A DNA stretch of 64,000 nucleotides from Penicillus capitatus (taxonomy: Eukaryota > Plantae > Chlorophyta): contig OZ287697.1 in the NCBI GenBank assembly GCA_965649825.1, positions 1,412,351 to 1,476,350 on the forward strand, in the 5' to 3' direction. Below are positions 50,101-61,800 of the stretch, piece after piece. Under the pieces are notes generated by a model, which had not been told where the DNA came from, did no database searches, and saw only the letters and a program-made list of their open reading frames with translations. The first letter of the stretch is position 1. The number at the start of each line of letters is the position of its first letter. The position numbers and the translations under genes were made by a program.

Positions 50101-53100
50101 TTCTCTGATGATGTTTCTACCATGGAGACACTGTGCCCTCGGATCTCGCTATTATCGACCGCCTCTATGAAGCCCCCTGAATCTGTCCCATTGTTACCAC
50201 TAAAGTGAGTGTTCAGAAGGTCAACTGTCGAATTGACAACACTCAAGCTGCCTCCAGCTGTTACAGCACTATTTCCCACCATGCTGCAATTCTCAAACCT
50301 TGCAGCGGACTGCATCACCAAACACACACCTCCAAATAACAGGGCAGTATTGCTTTCAAATGAGCAGTTGACAAATACACTAGCCATCGCACTTCTTCGG
50401 ATGACTATGCCGCCAACAAATTTTGCATTTCCGCGACTGAATCGAGAATTCAAGATGTGAAACTTGCTGGGTTCGAAGCTGACGATGCTCCCCCCGTGCC
50501 CGTCTTGTGCGGAATTCTCATCAAAAATCAGTCCATCTCCAGTAAGTTCTGATCCGTTGAGCATGAAAACAGCGCCGCCGAATGTCCTTGCCTTGTTTCG
50601 GAGGAATCTTGAGTTTTTAAGTCGCACTGTGCTCGAATCTGCTGCAGAGATAGCGCCTCCACGTTGCAGTGATGTGTTGTTTTCCATCAAGACATTGCGC
50701 ATGCGAAAAGCACTTTCTGTGTCGATATCGATTCCGCCGCCAGACGAGCCACTCATCCCATGGGAGATGGAGGAATCGCTGAGACTCACACGCGCACTAT
50801 TATAGATGGTGAGAGCGCCTCCCTGCGCAGCACTTCCATTGGTGAAAATGCAATGACTCAAACTGGCATTTGAGGCATCCACGTAGACCGATGCACCACT
50901 CTGTTGAGCGGTGTTTCCCAAAAAACGACATCCGGTCACCGTGGCAACGCTCTCGACCACAACAGACATTGCACCTCCAAACATACCAGAGTTCGCCTCG
51001 AAGGACGAATTTGCTGCGCTCATTCGGCACACCGCCGAACATCTAATGCCGCCAGCACCACTGGCACTTGTACTGTTCGCCACGATGATGTTCCTGACGG
51101 CCATTGTCGAGTTAGCAGCATAAACAGCGCCTCCATCATCTTGTGCTCTGCAAAAAGCAATGGTGCTGTTTTCTACGGTCATGCGGGTTCCAGGAGAAAG
51201 ACCGATGCATCCGCCGAGATGTGCAGTACCATTTGTAAAGTAAGAGCTGGAGATTCTGATATCACCGTCAGATGATAAGATAAATCCTCCACCGTCACCA
51301 GCAGTTCCGTTATTGAATCGACATAGATGGATGGAGATAGTGCAATCACTGTTGCTGTAAAAGCTTCCGCCTCCTCCAGCTGCGGCGTTCCCCGAAAAGA
51401 GACTTCTATGTACTTCCACTGAGCTCATGGTCTGCAGAACGACCACGCCTCCGAAATCGGCTGAGTTGTGAAGGAATGTGGTCTCCGCGATTTCAGCTCT
51501 GCTATGATTTGCGGCACCGAGGAAAGCTCCGAAGCCAAGTCCTGTGTTGTTGGCCACAAGGGACTGTTTCGTAAAGATGTGTGATGTTTCGGCAACAATG
51601 CAGTGACCAAACCCCCTTGCTGTATTTGATACGAAAGTCGCATTGATGAAGGACAGAGAGCTATTCTGATGCGCACTGGCAACTCCTCCATTGAGTCTGG
51701 CGGAACTGGATCTGAAGATGTCATTCTGAGACATCAACTGGCTGTTTTGCTCTGTAGCGATACATCCTCCCTGTGTTGCTGCTGTGCCTCTTTCGAACTC
51801 CGAGTCCCTGACATTCGCCAATGTCCTCCGGATGTGAATGAACCCTCCCTTGGATGCACTTCCATTCTGAAAATGGCATGCTTCGACCGCCAACTCCGAA
51901 TCTGTGACGCGAAGACTCCCACCGTCATCCATTGCGGAGTTGCCACTCATGACCGAATCAATCATCGATAGGGATGACGAGTCAACGAAGCCAACACCGC
52001 CGTGTTCGCTTGCCTCGTTATCTGCGAAGCTGCATCTCTTAATAGAGACCGCGCTGTCAGTCTCGGCGAACAGGACACCTCCCTTCTGGGCTCTGCCGTT
52101 TCGGAAGTCCGAGTCGATAAGAGAGACGTTGGAGGACTGCATGGAAACGGATCCTCCCCAGTATCCTTGATTTCCCTCGAATCGTGACTCTTGGATCGTA
52201 GCCGTCGATCTGACGAGATGGATGCAAGCACCGAAGGGCTCGTCTTTGTCAAACGCTTCCACTGAGTTACGAGAACAGGTCGAATTCGTCAGGGTGAGTG
52301 ATCCTTCCACGACATGCATCGCAGCGAGATGGTTGCGAACAGCCCTGATGCCGTTCGCCACTGTCTTCGATGCAGCCGGAGCATTCAGAACGGATGGCTG
52401 ACGGTCGTGCTCTTCGGTCAGACGATTCCTCCTGGTTGTGAAGTCTTCGATTCTGTTGTCCAACGACAGGATGGCGCCGCAGCCGCTGCTCGAGCACTGA
52501 TTGTCCGAGAACTCGACGTTTCGCATGTCGAGTGCCAGACACGATGTTGAGTGGACCCAGACGCCTGCAGCGTCGACGAGTCGGTTCTCTCTGAAGGACA
52601 CGTGGTGCAGAAGCAGAGTACGGTCCGCCGGCGACGAGGCACACCCCTCTACTTCGATCACCGCTTTCTTCTCCCCCGATTCGCCGAAAGAGCATCCCTC
52701 GAACGCGAAGTTGGCGAGAATCGAACCTCCGGTTCTGCAAGGCATATACCGTCGACGATGTCTCTGCGAAGGACAGGACCTACCGGACGAGGAAGACGCC
52801 TTCGTTGTCGCGGGGACACGTGAACGTCGCTTTCTTGACTGCCTTCGGGAACACGCCTTCCTCGAGCTCGGCGTGTTCCACGAACGCGCTCAGGGTCAGC
52901 GGCCACGGGAGGACTACGCGAGCGGAGGGTCGGATTATCTTCGTCGAGTCGAACAGCAAAGCGTCTCCTTCATTCGTACAGTCGACGAGCGACTGCACGT
53001 CGCTGTCGATTGCATCGAGCACGTCATCGTCTATTGTCCACGTTCTCGAGCTCTCGTCCAAGTAGCGGCGGATGTCGACGCGTCGCAGAGAACACTCGCG

Positions 53101-53524
53101 CTCTAGAACACGCGCTCGGTGAATCGTCTGAGAGGAGAATCGGGAGAGAAATCTCCGACCTGGTTCCCTGGCAGCGTCGAGTCCTTCGGATTGAAGCAGA
53201 ATGCGTTCTCCGTTGCGGACCTTCGCGTAAGAGTATAATGCCGACGATTCGCTATAGCTATGCAGGCTCACAAGTGATGATTCGACAGGAGTCTCCGAGA
53301 GGACATCCTCGCCAACGGTTGACAGTGTACGGCGTCGGACGGGTGTCCGCGTGTCCCCTGGCAACGAAGCAATTGCACATCTCCGTGTCGGAATGCCATT
53401 TACCTTCATGAGTGGAGTGGGGAAACTGCTGGTCGTGTGCTGTTGGCTCTACGTCAGCAGTGGACGAAACAGAGAAGCTGCATGAAGCGCAGCACAGCAA
53501 GAGAAGAATCAACGAGCGTCGCAT
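47137..53524 (-). CDS. R5: Pmp-like beta-helix multi-pass membrane receptor-like protein, 2012 aa (YPLG subtype)
   Basis: Exons 53524-53404, 53357-53160, 53102-52784, 52734-49847, 49797-48806, 48756-48367, 48320-48230, 48176-47137 sum to 6039 nt. Signal peptide MRRSLILLLLCCASCSFS, RILLQ motif, ends PTSL-TAG. One extra 5' intron relative to paralogs. Confidence 0.92.
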
Positions 53525-54229
53525 CCGTCCTCAGGTCCGACGGAGAAGGAAGTCTCGCAGGAGTGCTCTCGCGAAGACAGAGGCAATCTTCGTTGGCGTG
53601 TATGCGATGTTGCGTTAACGGACGAGCGATGCGGACACACTAGAGAGACAAGAAGCAGAACGAATCAGAATCGCAAGCGTCACGATGTTTCTTATACTGG
53701 TGACAGTTGATAGATTCCCTGGATCTGTGTTCAAACCTCTCCATATGGTTGGTTGTTCGCTGAAGACTTTCGTTCTGCATCGCTCGACGCGACGACGGTC
53801 ACAGCGAAAGTTGCTGCAGACCATAGACGTGACGGTCTGATGATTTGGCGGATCTTCTGAAACCTCCAACGACGCTTGCAAAAGCAACCGACTCTACAGT
53901 CCGACGCAGATGTCTTCGCGAGAACTTCGTTCCCGTGAACTTCCTAACGCTGGGCAACGGACGACACCGAACAGCAAGGTTAGCAGACAGTCCAGAAAGC
54001 TCCAGCTGTCTTTTCGGCTACAGAACTGAGCTGCAAGAGGTCATACACTGCGCTTTCGGGACGGCAGAGAGAACTCGACGCTTGCAGATATCTCCGTCCG
54101 ATGTAAGACAGTTTCGGCAACTGAAGGGACAGACGCATAACGTGGCGTACACTAACTAACCGTTACAAACTTGGAAGCGAGGTGAGCTCAAAGCCAATCA
54201 GCCCATTGTTGGACACACTTTCGAAAACC

Positions 54230-55530
54230 ATGCCTCTCATATCCCTCCTACTTCCCTCCTTGCTGCTGCCAACTGTCTCATGTCGTCCCTCATCTCAAGA
54301 TACGTCAGCATGTAAGACGCTGCCGCTGGGAGATGGGCGATCTGTGACGCACAGCGCTGGACTGTCGAGCGTCGACATCGATCCCATCGCACTTTCGCGA
54401 CGAGGAGATAGTCCACGTCCCGTTCCTCAAAGACACGGCGGGGGTCGACGTCGACGCGTGCTGCAGGAAAGACGTACGGCGACGCCGACAGCGTGGCCCT
54501 TCATACGAGTCAAACCACGAACAATACTCGAGGCGTGATGCCGAGCTACGGGCGTTTGTGTCTGCGCAGAGTACGAGTGCAAACTCAGAACCAAACAAAA
54601 ACGGAAGTACCTTCACGCGCAATCACACACATGGCTCATCGACAAGGCAGTCCTCGATGAAGTAAAGAACGACCTCCATGTCGTTATCAGCTGCAAAGAG
54701 AAAGGCGATACGCTGCTCTTCAACGTTCACGGTTCTATCAAGCTCGTTAGTCGAGTCACGATTCCGTGGAATCTCACCATCAGCTCGGTGACGGAGAATC
54801 GCACTCGGGTTGTCGACGGTGTCTACCCCCGAGCTCCGAAGAAGGCGACTCTCACCTGCCCTGATGCGTAAGAAGTTGTCTTTCTTGTCGAGTAAGTGCA
54901 ATTCTCGTGTGACAACAAAGGCGGCGAATGGCCGAGACAGTTGCTGCGATTTAGCGGACAGAGGTAGATGCCGGTCAAAGCCCACAGGCGAGACGGCGAA
55001 AACGCGATAGGTATGCGTTACCGTACAGTTCGGTGTGGAGTCTGTCACAGAGATGAGAAAACGAGGTTAAGCTTGCCACATCTGACCTTCAGAAATCCCA
55101 AACGAGTGGTTCTGTAGTTCGATGTGGCGGCGTTCGTGATCGGAGTTCTGCGGAAGAGTCGGCGTTTGCCAATCGATGGTGATATCCGCACGTCGATAGG
55201 TGCCTCAGACGAGAGGGCTTTACTGCAAGAGGATAGACATGGATGATCGATCGTCCATGACTATCGCCTTTTCCTCGTGCGATCACATCGTGATGATGTT
55301 TTTCGCCATAACGATTTCGATCGATGTCGTCGATCGGAACGATAGAACGCATCGTTCGATGGCGATCGATTGCGTCGACCCCGTCGCATCGGAATCTATA
55401 TCAAATAAAAACGCATTTGACACTTTTGGGTTAGGTAAATCGGACAACGCCGTTTGTCTTTCTCTCCAAAAGAGTCATGCAAATCTTTTGGAACTGCATA
55501 CGACCGAAACAATGAGTGGCATTTGATACC
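54230..55530 (+). pseudogene. psi2: decayed family member, 5' part (signal peptide, cap exon, start of beta-helix)
   Basis: MPLISLLLPSLLLP...RRRVLQ, then the cap exon EYECKLRTKQKRKYL...SHTWLID...GDTLLF...IPWNLTISS...ATLTCPDA*EVVFLV with TAA at 54869-54871 and a GTAAGT donor at 54892. Degenerate beta-helix entry (SSCDHIVMMFF, AVCLSLQKS) near 55250-55490. Confidence 0.8.
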
Positions 55531-55546
55531 TCGAACGCGTCCTAGG

Positions 55547-55725
55547 TGTGGACTCCTACAGACAGTATTAAGCGATGACTCATCATGGCACTTGTAGTCA
55601 TCGCATCAACGACGTATTAGTCGCCCCTCCTGATCGGGAGGTACTTAAGGAGGGGCGTGAACAACGGAAGACACTCTCGTTCTTTTGTAAGCAATCGTTT
55701 GTTTACAACGTCTGAAGTAATGACA
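55547..55725 (-). mobile_element. 179-bp solo-LTR-like element, second copy, with 5-bp TSD CTAGG
   Basis: CTAGG at 55542-55546 and 55726-55730. Differs from the 44707 copy by one substitution and a 4-bp indel by eye. Confidence 0.85.
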
Positions 55726-57299
55726 CTAGGTCTGCTTGGTCCCGTAGAAATAATCTGTTGACGGTTCGTAGCTCGGATGGGTGTAGAAGATTTCGCAGAC
55801 TCCCGTACCGTACTGCATCTGATACGTATAGCATTCTGTCGAAAAACAAGCATCAGCAAAGATCACACAAGAGTGCGGCATTACTCAGTTGATTAAAACA
55901 GATACTGGCGCATTCGAATGGCGTGGACATAGTGATCTTCTGATCCGGATCCCCTATCTACCTGGATGGCCGACCGTATGCAACACCTGTGCTTCCGTTC
56001 TGTCGCCCTGTGCGTTGTGTGAAGAGAGAGATGAAGTTGGGCCCAATAAACTGGTTGTTCTACCTTTATCCAAGTGATGTGCGAGTTTGAAACGACTATA
56101 CGAAACACGTGCATATAGTGCACGCAGAGATTTTTTGCGTAGTACATTTGCCATGCTCTACAACCTAGTCCAACACGCGCAGGGGCGAAAGGCGGCAAGA
56201 ATGGGCAGAGAGCATTACGTCGATGACGGTAGCATCGTGCTGCGCACTCGAACGGCGTTGCCTTAGCGATATTCATAGGGAATCCGAGGATCTTAAGTCC
56301 CGTCTGGCCGCGGAAGAACGTTACACAAACGCCTGAGCTGCCGTGCAGGTCTGCGGGCCAGACGTGCCTGTCCGTTTGTTGGCTACTGTCTCCGTGTTGC
56401 GGGCTGGTGTGTTAAGGACGGGCTCTGTCTCCGTCGTCGTGTATTTTTTGCCAGTGGCTTGTTCGCGGAGAACTGCGTTGTCCACTTCAGTGACCAGTCG
56501 CGCGGCATTCGCCTGGGAGACATGAAAACCCACGAGCACGATGTCGAACAGCAGACGGAGACTTGCCCACTCGGCGCAGCAGATGAGCACTGCAAGGCGG
56601 CAACTGTTTTCGTGAGCATGATGTCCACCGCTGACCGAAAGCAGCAATTCTCTGTGCGACGCAGATGGCGACGGCGGAGAGCGGCGGAGAGAAAGAATGT
56701 TCGCGGCCTCAAATGCCTGGCGAAATTTGTACCCCCTCGTCGAGGGGTCGCTTCCATTCCACCACATGACTGTCCAACGTGAGCGTTGAATTTGTAATGC
56801 CTGGACCTTTCGAGAGAATCGGACCAGAACAGGATCGCCCCTACGGTCGTTTCCTGTCCACTAGATGATCCATGAGCGTGTCAGCCGCATTACGTCACGT
56901 CACGTTAGATATCTGAGTATACTGCTATCATTCGAAGGTGCGACTAAAGTCGCAGCAGAGCTCGACGGGGCGCCATCCGCGCAGACGACACGATCGGAAA
57001 CGCCTGCTGTCTGGATAGAGCAAACCGAGTAACGCATCCAGACGTTGACTGGACTGTTCTGGTGGATGTTTCAATCTTGGAATGGCGATTCTAGACGGTC
57101 GATATATATTCCCTCGCGACACAGACGTAGATTCAGCCCACAGGTGATCGCAAGGTCTGCCTGCTATTCGGCGTTTGGTGCAAGCAGTGATGGTATGGGG
57201 TACTTGCGAAAAATAAACGCTCACGCTCCTGGGGCTGTGACATGAATGATCAGTCGGCAGATCTGCGAGGCACAGTTGAAAGAAAAACGCAGTCTGCTT

Positions 57300-58590
57300 C
57301 GAATGGCATCGGAAGCAGGGAGAATGCGCTTCTCTGCAAGGATATCGGCCAACAGTCCGTGTTTCTTACCGCCAGCTGCGCGGCAGACAAGCTAGACGGT
57401 GTGATCCTACTTAATCACACTTCCTTTCTTCGTGCTCAGGGCGTGAAGGCCCGACTGCTCGATTCGACATCTGACTCGTATGCCGTGACTTTCTGGCGAC
57501 TGGATGATGGGCAGGTAGTCCTGGAGAGGTTGGTGGCGCCCCAACTGCAGCATCGTAATTAAGCAGAGCAGGAATCCTGAATGCTTCTTCAGAAAGAGCG
57601 TAATCGATGCTGCAGTCAATGTGGATGTCGGCTGGCGGATGATCTGTCGCAGAGAGTTAGTTAGCTGCACATCGGAGCGGCGCCCTTCGCCGAAATGCGC
57701 CATCGGCAACCCGTCCTCGACATCGACAGCCGAGAGCGAACGTCTAGAGATGTGGATGGGAGCAGACCGGCAGCTGTTTTCGCCTGCAAATGCCAGGCCA
57801 TCGCCACTCCTGACAAATCTCACTGCGGGCCATTGCCAGTCCTGATGGGTTCGATGCAAAAGGGAATTGACATTCCCGAAACATGATGGACAAAGAGATT
57901 GCTGTAACCGACTGAAGCTAAACTTTGCCTCCATGACAAACGAACGAACCAACAGATCCAAGGCAGGATGATGTGACGTCGCTGCGCTGTTCGTCTGAAA
58001 GCGGAGAGTCTATCGCCGTCGCGACGGAACTGCGACCAGGCGACGAAGTCTCTTACACACAGTAACAGCGCGTTTGTCGACAGGATTCGAAGCTTCAGCC
58101 GTCTGCTTTAGAAGGAGCTCCGCACGAATCTACTCCTTCTGCTTCCTCGACAGCGAAATCCTTCAAGCGGCTATGCGAAGCCTAAGAAACGGCACAAGGA
58201 AAGAAGACACTGTGTTCTTCAGCCGCTCGAGTTGTTTGCGAGGCCACCCGCCGCAGTAGACGGATGATGCAACGAATTCCGCACTCTACAGGCAGCGGGA
58301 TCGCTCTCGGCGGCCAAGGAACGTATTCCTTCGCGACGTTGCCGCCGGCAACGCGCATCTTCACTTTCCCTGGACGCTGCAGATGGTCACTAGGAATGAA
58401 TCGACAGTGCATCTCGTGGAGAAGGGCACTGTACATAGGAAGAGTGATGCATTTGGCGAGCACGAAGATGCGAAGATCACTTAGTGTGTTGAATCGTTCT
58501 CCTGTCCACGATCCAGCACCTGCTTCCCACATCTCCATTCACCTATTCCTCGTCGTCCTGGGAATTCATAGAGGGAAGCTGTGGAGTGTC
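57300..58590 (+). pseudogene. Possible distal remnants of psi2 (post-helix exon and first membrane segment)
   Basis: Weak by-eye matches only: SCAADKLDGVILLNHTSF vs CPVGKDRCGVLALADTSF, IATPDKSHCG vs VSSPDTLFAG, and a hydrophobic IHLFLVVLGIHRG. Confidence 0.35.
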
Positions 58591-58829
58591 TGACGCCTTG
58601 GGTCGATCGCCAGGCTGTGTCTGACGCGCTAACGTATCGTTGGCGACGCTGCTGATGCAGCACACGGCATAATGAGCAGCCAGAGAGGGAAACTGGGTAA
58701 TCACGTCATTTAAAGACGATAAATTCGAACATGTGGCCTGTAACCGCGGATTGATTGTTTGTTAGGACGCATTGCGACGAACGAATTCAAGGCAGTTCAT
58801 CACCACTGCGCAAGGTCTTCAAGAAGACA

Positions 58830-61800
58830 ATGACTGTCCACCCCTTCGTCCTTCGGACGAAGCACAGAGCGGCGCTGCTGGTAATCTTCAGCATCGTCGC
58901 CATGTTCGCAGACGCTTCGCTGGATGTCCGGTCAACAGACCCACGACCCACAACAGCGGCTTCGGCGCACTCGAGCGACGAACGGTTGTCTTCGTCGTCC
59001 CCCTCCGTCCTGTCGGTCCATTCGCTCAACGCCCGAACAGAGACAGAGAAACCCTCGGACGACAAAGCACCGAGCCATGCACTGTGGACAACACGTCATC
59101 TAGACAGAGTACGTTTGAAGCCACGTCTTCTTACCTCGAGCATGTTCGAAGAGCGCGCTGCTGTGCAGGAACGCAACGAGGCACGAGCCCTGCGCCAAGC
59201 GGATCAAATTCCTGAAGACGCGACAGGTGATGTCGATGACGTGTCTGCCGCGTCGGACGACGAGCTGAGGGTCGCTGTTCTGGCAGGGCATGTCTGTCGA
59301 CTGACCCAGGCAAAACGCTATCGCTATCTCGACCTGGCGACGCGCACGTGGTCGCTCGACGCTGCCGACTTGGACGACATCGACAACGACATTCAAGCCA
59401 TCATCGACTGCACTCAAGCTGAAGACACCGTGCTCCTCACGACGACGAAAGCCATCCGGCCGGCATCGCGGGTCACTCTTCCGTGGCCCCTGACCGTATC
59501 CGCCAGCGTGCCAAGCGCCGAGCTCTCCTCCGACGGCGTGTTTCCTCGAGCGGAGAACAGGACGACGTTTCGGTGCCCCGGAGAAAACCAAGGCGTCTTC
59601 CTCGTCCGGTGCGTCTCGCAGGCAAAGAGTGAGCCAGGCGGCTGATACAGCGATGTGACTTCTCTCCAGGTCGAGGGATGTGACGCTGGCGAATCTCGTG
59701 TTCGAAGACTGCGTCTTCAACAAGACGGACGGCACCAGGGACGCCATCGTCAGCGTCGAGAAATGCATCTCGGCGGACTTGGACGGCTTGCTGCGTTTGC
59801 ACCACGTTGACTTCCGGGGGAACACCCTCCTTAGGCATTACGCCCTCAAGATGCAGTCCTCGTCGTGTACGGATTTGGAGCTGGTCGACTTCGGCTTCGC
59901 GAAAACGGACTGCGACGGTCCGTGTGGCGTCGCCCTCTCCACCCGTAACAACCGACTGCGTGATGTCCGAGTCCTCAAGGTCACGCCTCCAGACAGATCC
60001 CGCGAAGCACCGTCCGTTTTCCACGCCCCTCCCGGTTCACAGACCGCCGTCGGGCGACTCTCGGCAACGGACAACAAGGTGAAGATCTTTCGCATCGACA
60101 ACGGCTCTCTGACGCTAGAAGATTCGGAGCTGTGGAACAACGTCCTCGCCCAGTCAACGAAGAACATCTCGCGCAGCGTGTGCGTCCACCTCAGGGAAGC
60201 ATCCGCCAGCATCCGGAACTGCACATTCCGCGACAACGAAGCGGAGGACGGAGCCGCCGTGTTCGCAGAGCGGTCCTCCGTCGAGCTGCGCAGGTCGACT
60301 CTGACGGGAAACCGAGGCAAGAGAGGCGGAGCCTTGTATCTGGCCGAGAACACGACGGCTGTGGTCGACGAGTGCACGCTCGAGGCCAATAAAGCCACAG
60401 AAGGCCAGGGAGGAGCGGCGTACGTGGCCAAATGGTCGACATGTCGGTTCAGGAGGAGTGCGCTGCGGCTGAACTCGGCCCATTTGCACGGCGGCGCTGC
60501 CAGCTTCTCGGCAAACGCATCGGGCGTCTTCCGCGACGTGCGCTTTACCGGCAACCGGGCCGACAGGGACGGCGGATCGCTGTATCTGATGACGTCCAAC
60601 GTGACTCTCGAAGGGTGTGTCTTCTCCGAGGGGCTGGCCGATCGCGGAGGACTGCTGTACGCGAGCAGCAACTCCTCCATCGACATCCGCCGCTCGCAGC
60701 TGACAAACAGTTCCAGCAGAAAGGGTGGCGGGTGTCTCTGGTCGGAAAGCGTGAAGCTCGTCGTGAAGAACTCGACCATAGACAGCTGCTCGACGGCGAG
60801 AGAAGGCGGCGCGATGTCTCTGCAGTTCACCAACGCCACGTTCGCGGACCTCGAGATCTCATCGAGCGAAGCGCAGGACGACGGCGGCGGCATCTTCGCC
60901 GTCGATTCGAACATCGAAGAGGCGAGGATGACGCTGATCGGCAACAGAGCTGAGGGAGCCGGCGGCGGCATGTCCGTTCAAGACGGCGGGATCCTCACTG
61001 TAAAGGACGCCTTTTTCCAGAACAACACAGCTGGCGGTACAGGAGGGGCTGTTTGCGTTAAGACCATCGCACGTGGTCGCTTCACCAGAGCCGTCTTCGG
61101 CGACAACTCGGCGTCGGAGAGCGCCGGATCGCTGTACTCGCACGGATCGTCGATCGATTTCGAAGGCTGTGCCTTCGATCAGGGTGAAGCCGAAGAGCAC
61201 GGAGGATTCATCGCCGTCAGAGACGAAGCGACCGTTTCCATCAGACACACGACATTCGAAACGGCGTCGGCCAAGGACGGCGGATGTCTCCATGCACATC
61301 GCTCACACTTCATCCTCCACAACGTGACGCTGGAGGGGTGCAGCTCCGTGGTCGACGGCGGCATGCTGCGTCTCTCCAATGCATCCGCCGAGTTCTCGAC
61401 TGTGACAGGCGATGGCTGGATCGTGGACAGCAATTCGGCGGATGATCACGCAGGCGCCCTGCGCATCCGTCTCGAGACACAGTTCGCCCTCGCCAACTCC
61501 GTTTTCCACGACAGCAGAGCAGACAGAGGCGGGGCGGTGTCGCTGGAGCTGAAATCGAATGCGAGCTTTTCGAACGTGGCCTTCATCAACAGCTCTGCGG
61601 CGACAGAAGGAGGCGCCTTCTACGTTACGGCATCTGAAACGCATCTCGACAACTGCACCTTCCAGAACAGCGGCGCGGGAGACGGCGGATTTCTCTTCAT
61701 CAAGCGGAACGCCAACGTAAGCATCGACAATTCGACGCTGAAAAACGGCACAGGGAGGAATGGCGCGTGTCTGAGAGCTGTGGGCGGACGACTGTCGGTG

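Noticed and set aside
44707-55725. Inverted repeats as terminal repeats of one ~11 kb transposon carrying R5
   Set aside because: Each copy has its own distinct 5-bp TSD on both sides (GTGAG; CTAGG), showing two independent insertions.
59838-60971. Long antisense or alternative-frame ORFs (also 4446-5165, 28224-28964, 28232-28969, 47273-47998)
   Set aside because: They are shadows of the receptor CDSs produced by codon bias (GGx/NxS repeats give Pro/Ser-rich antisense frames) and show no independent features.
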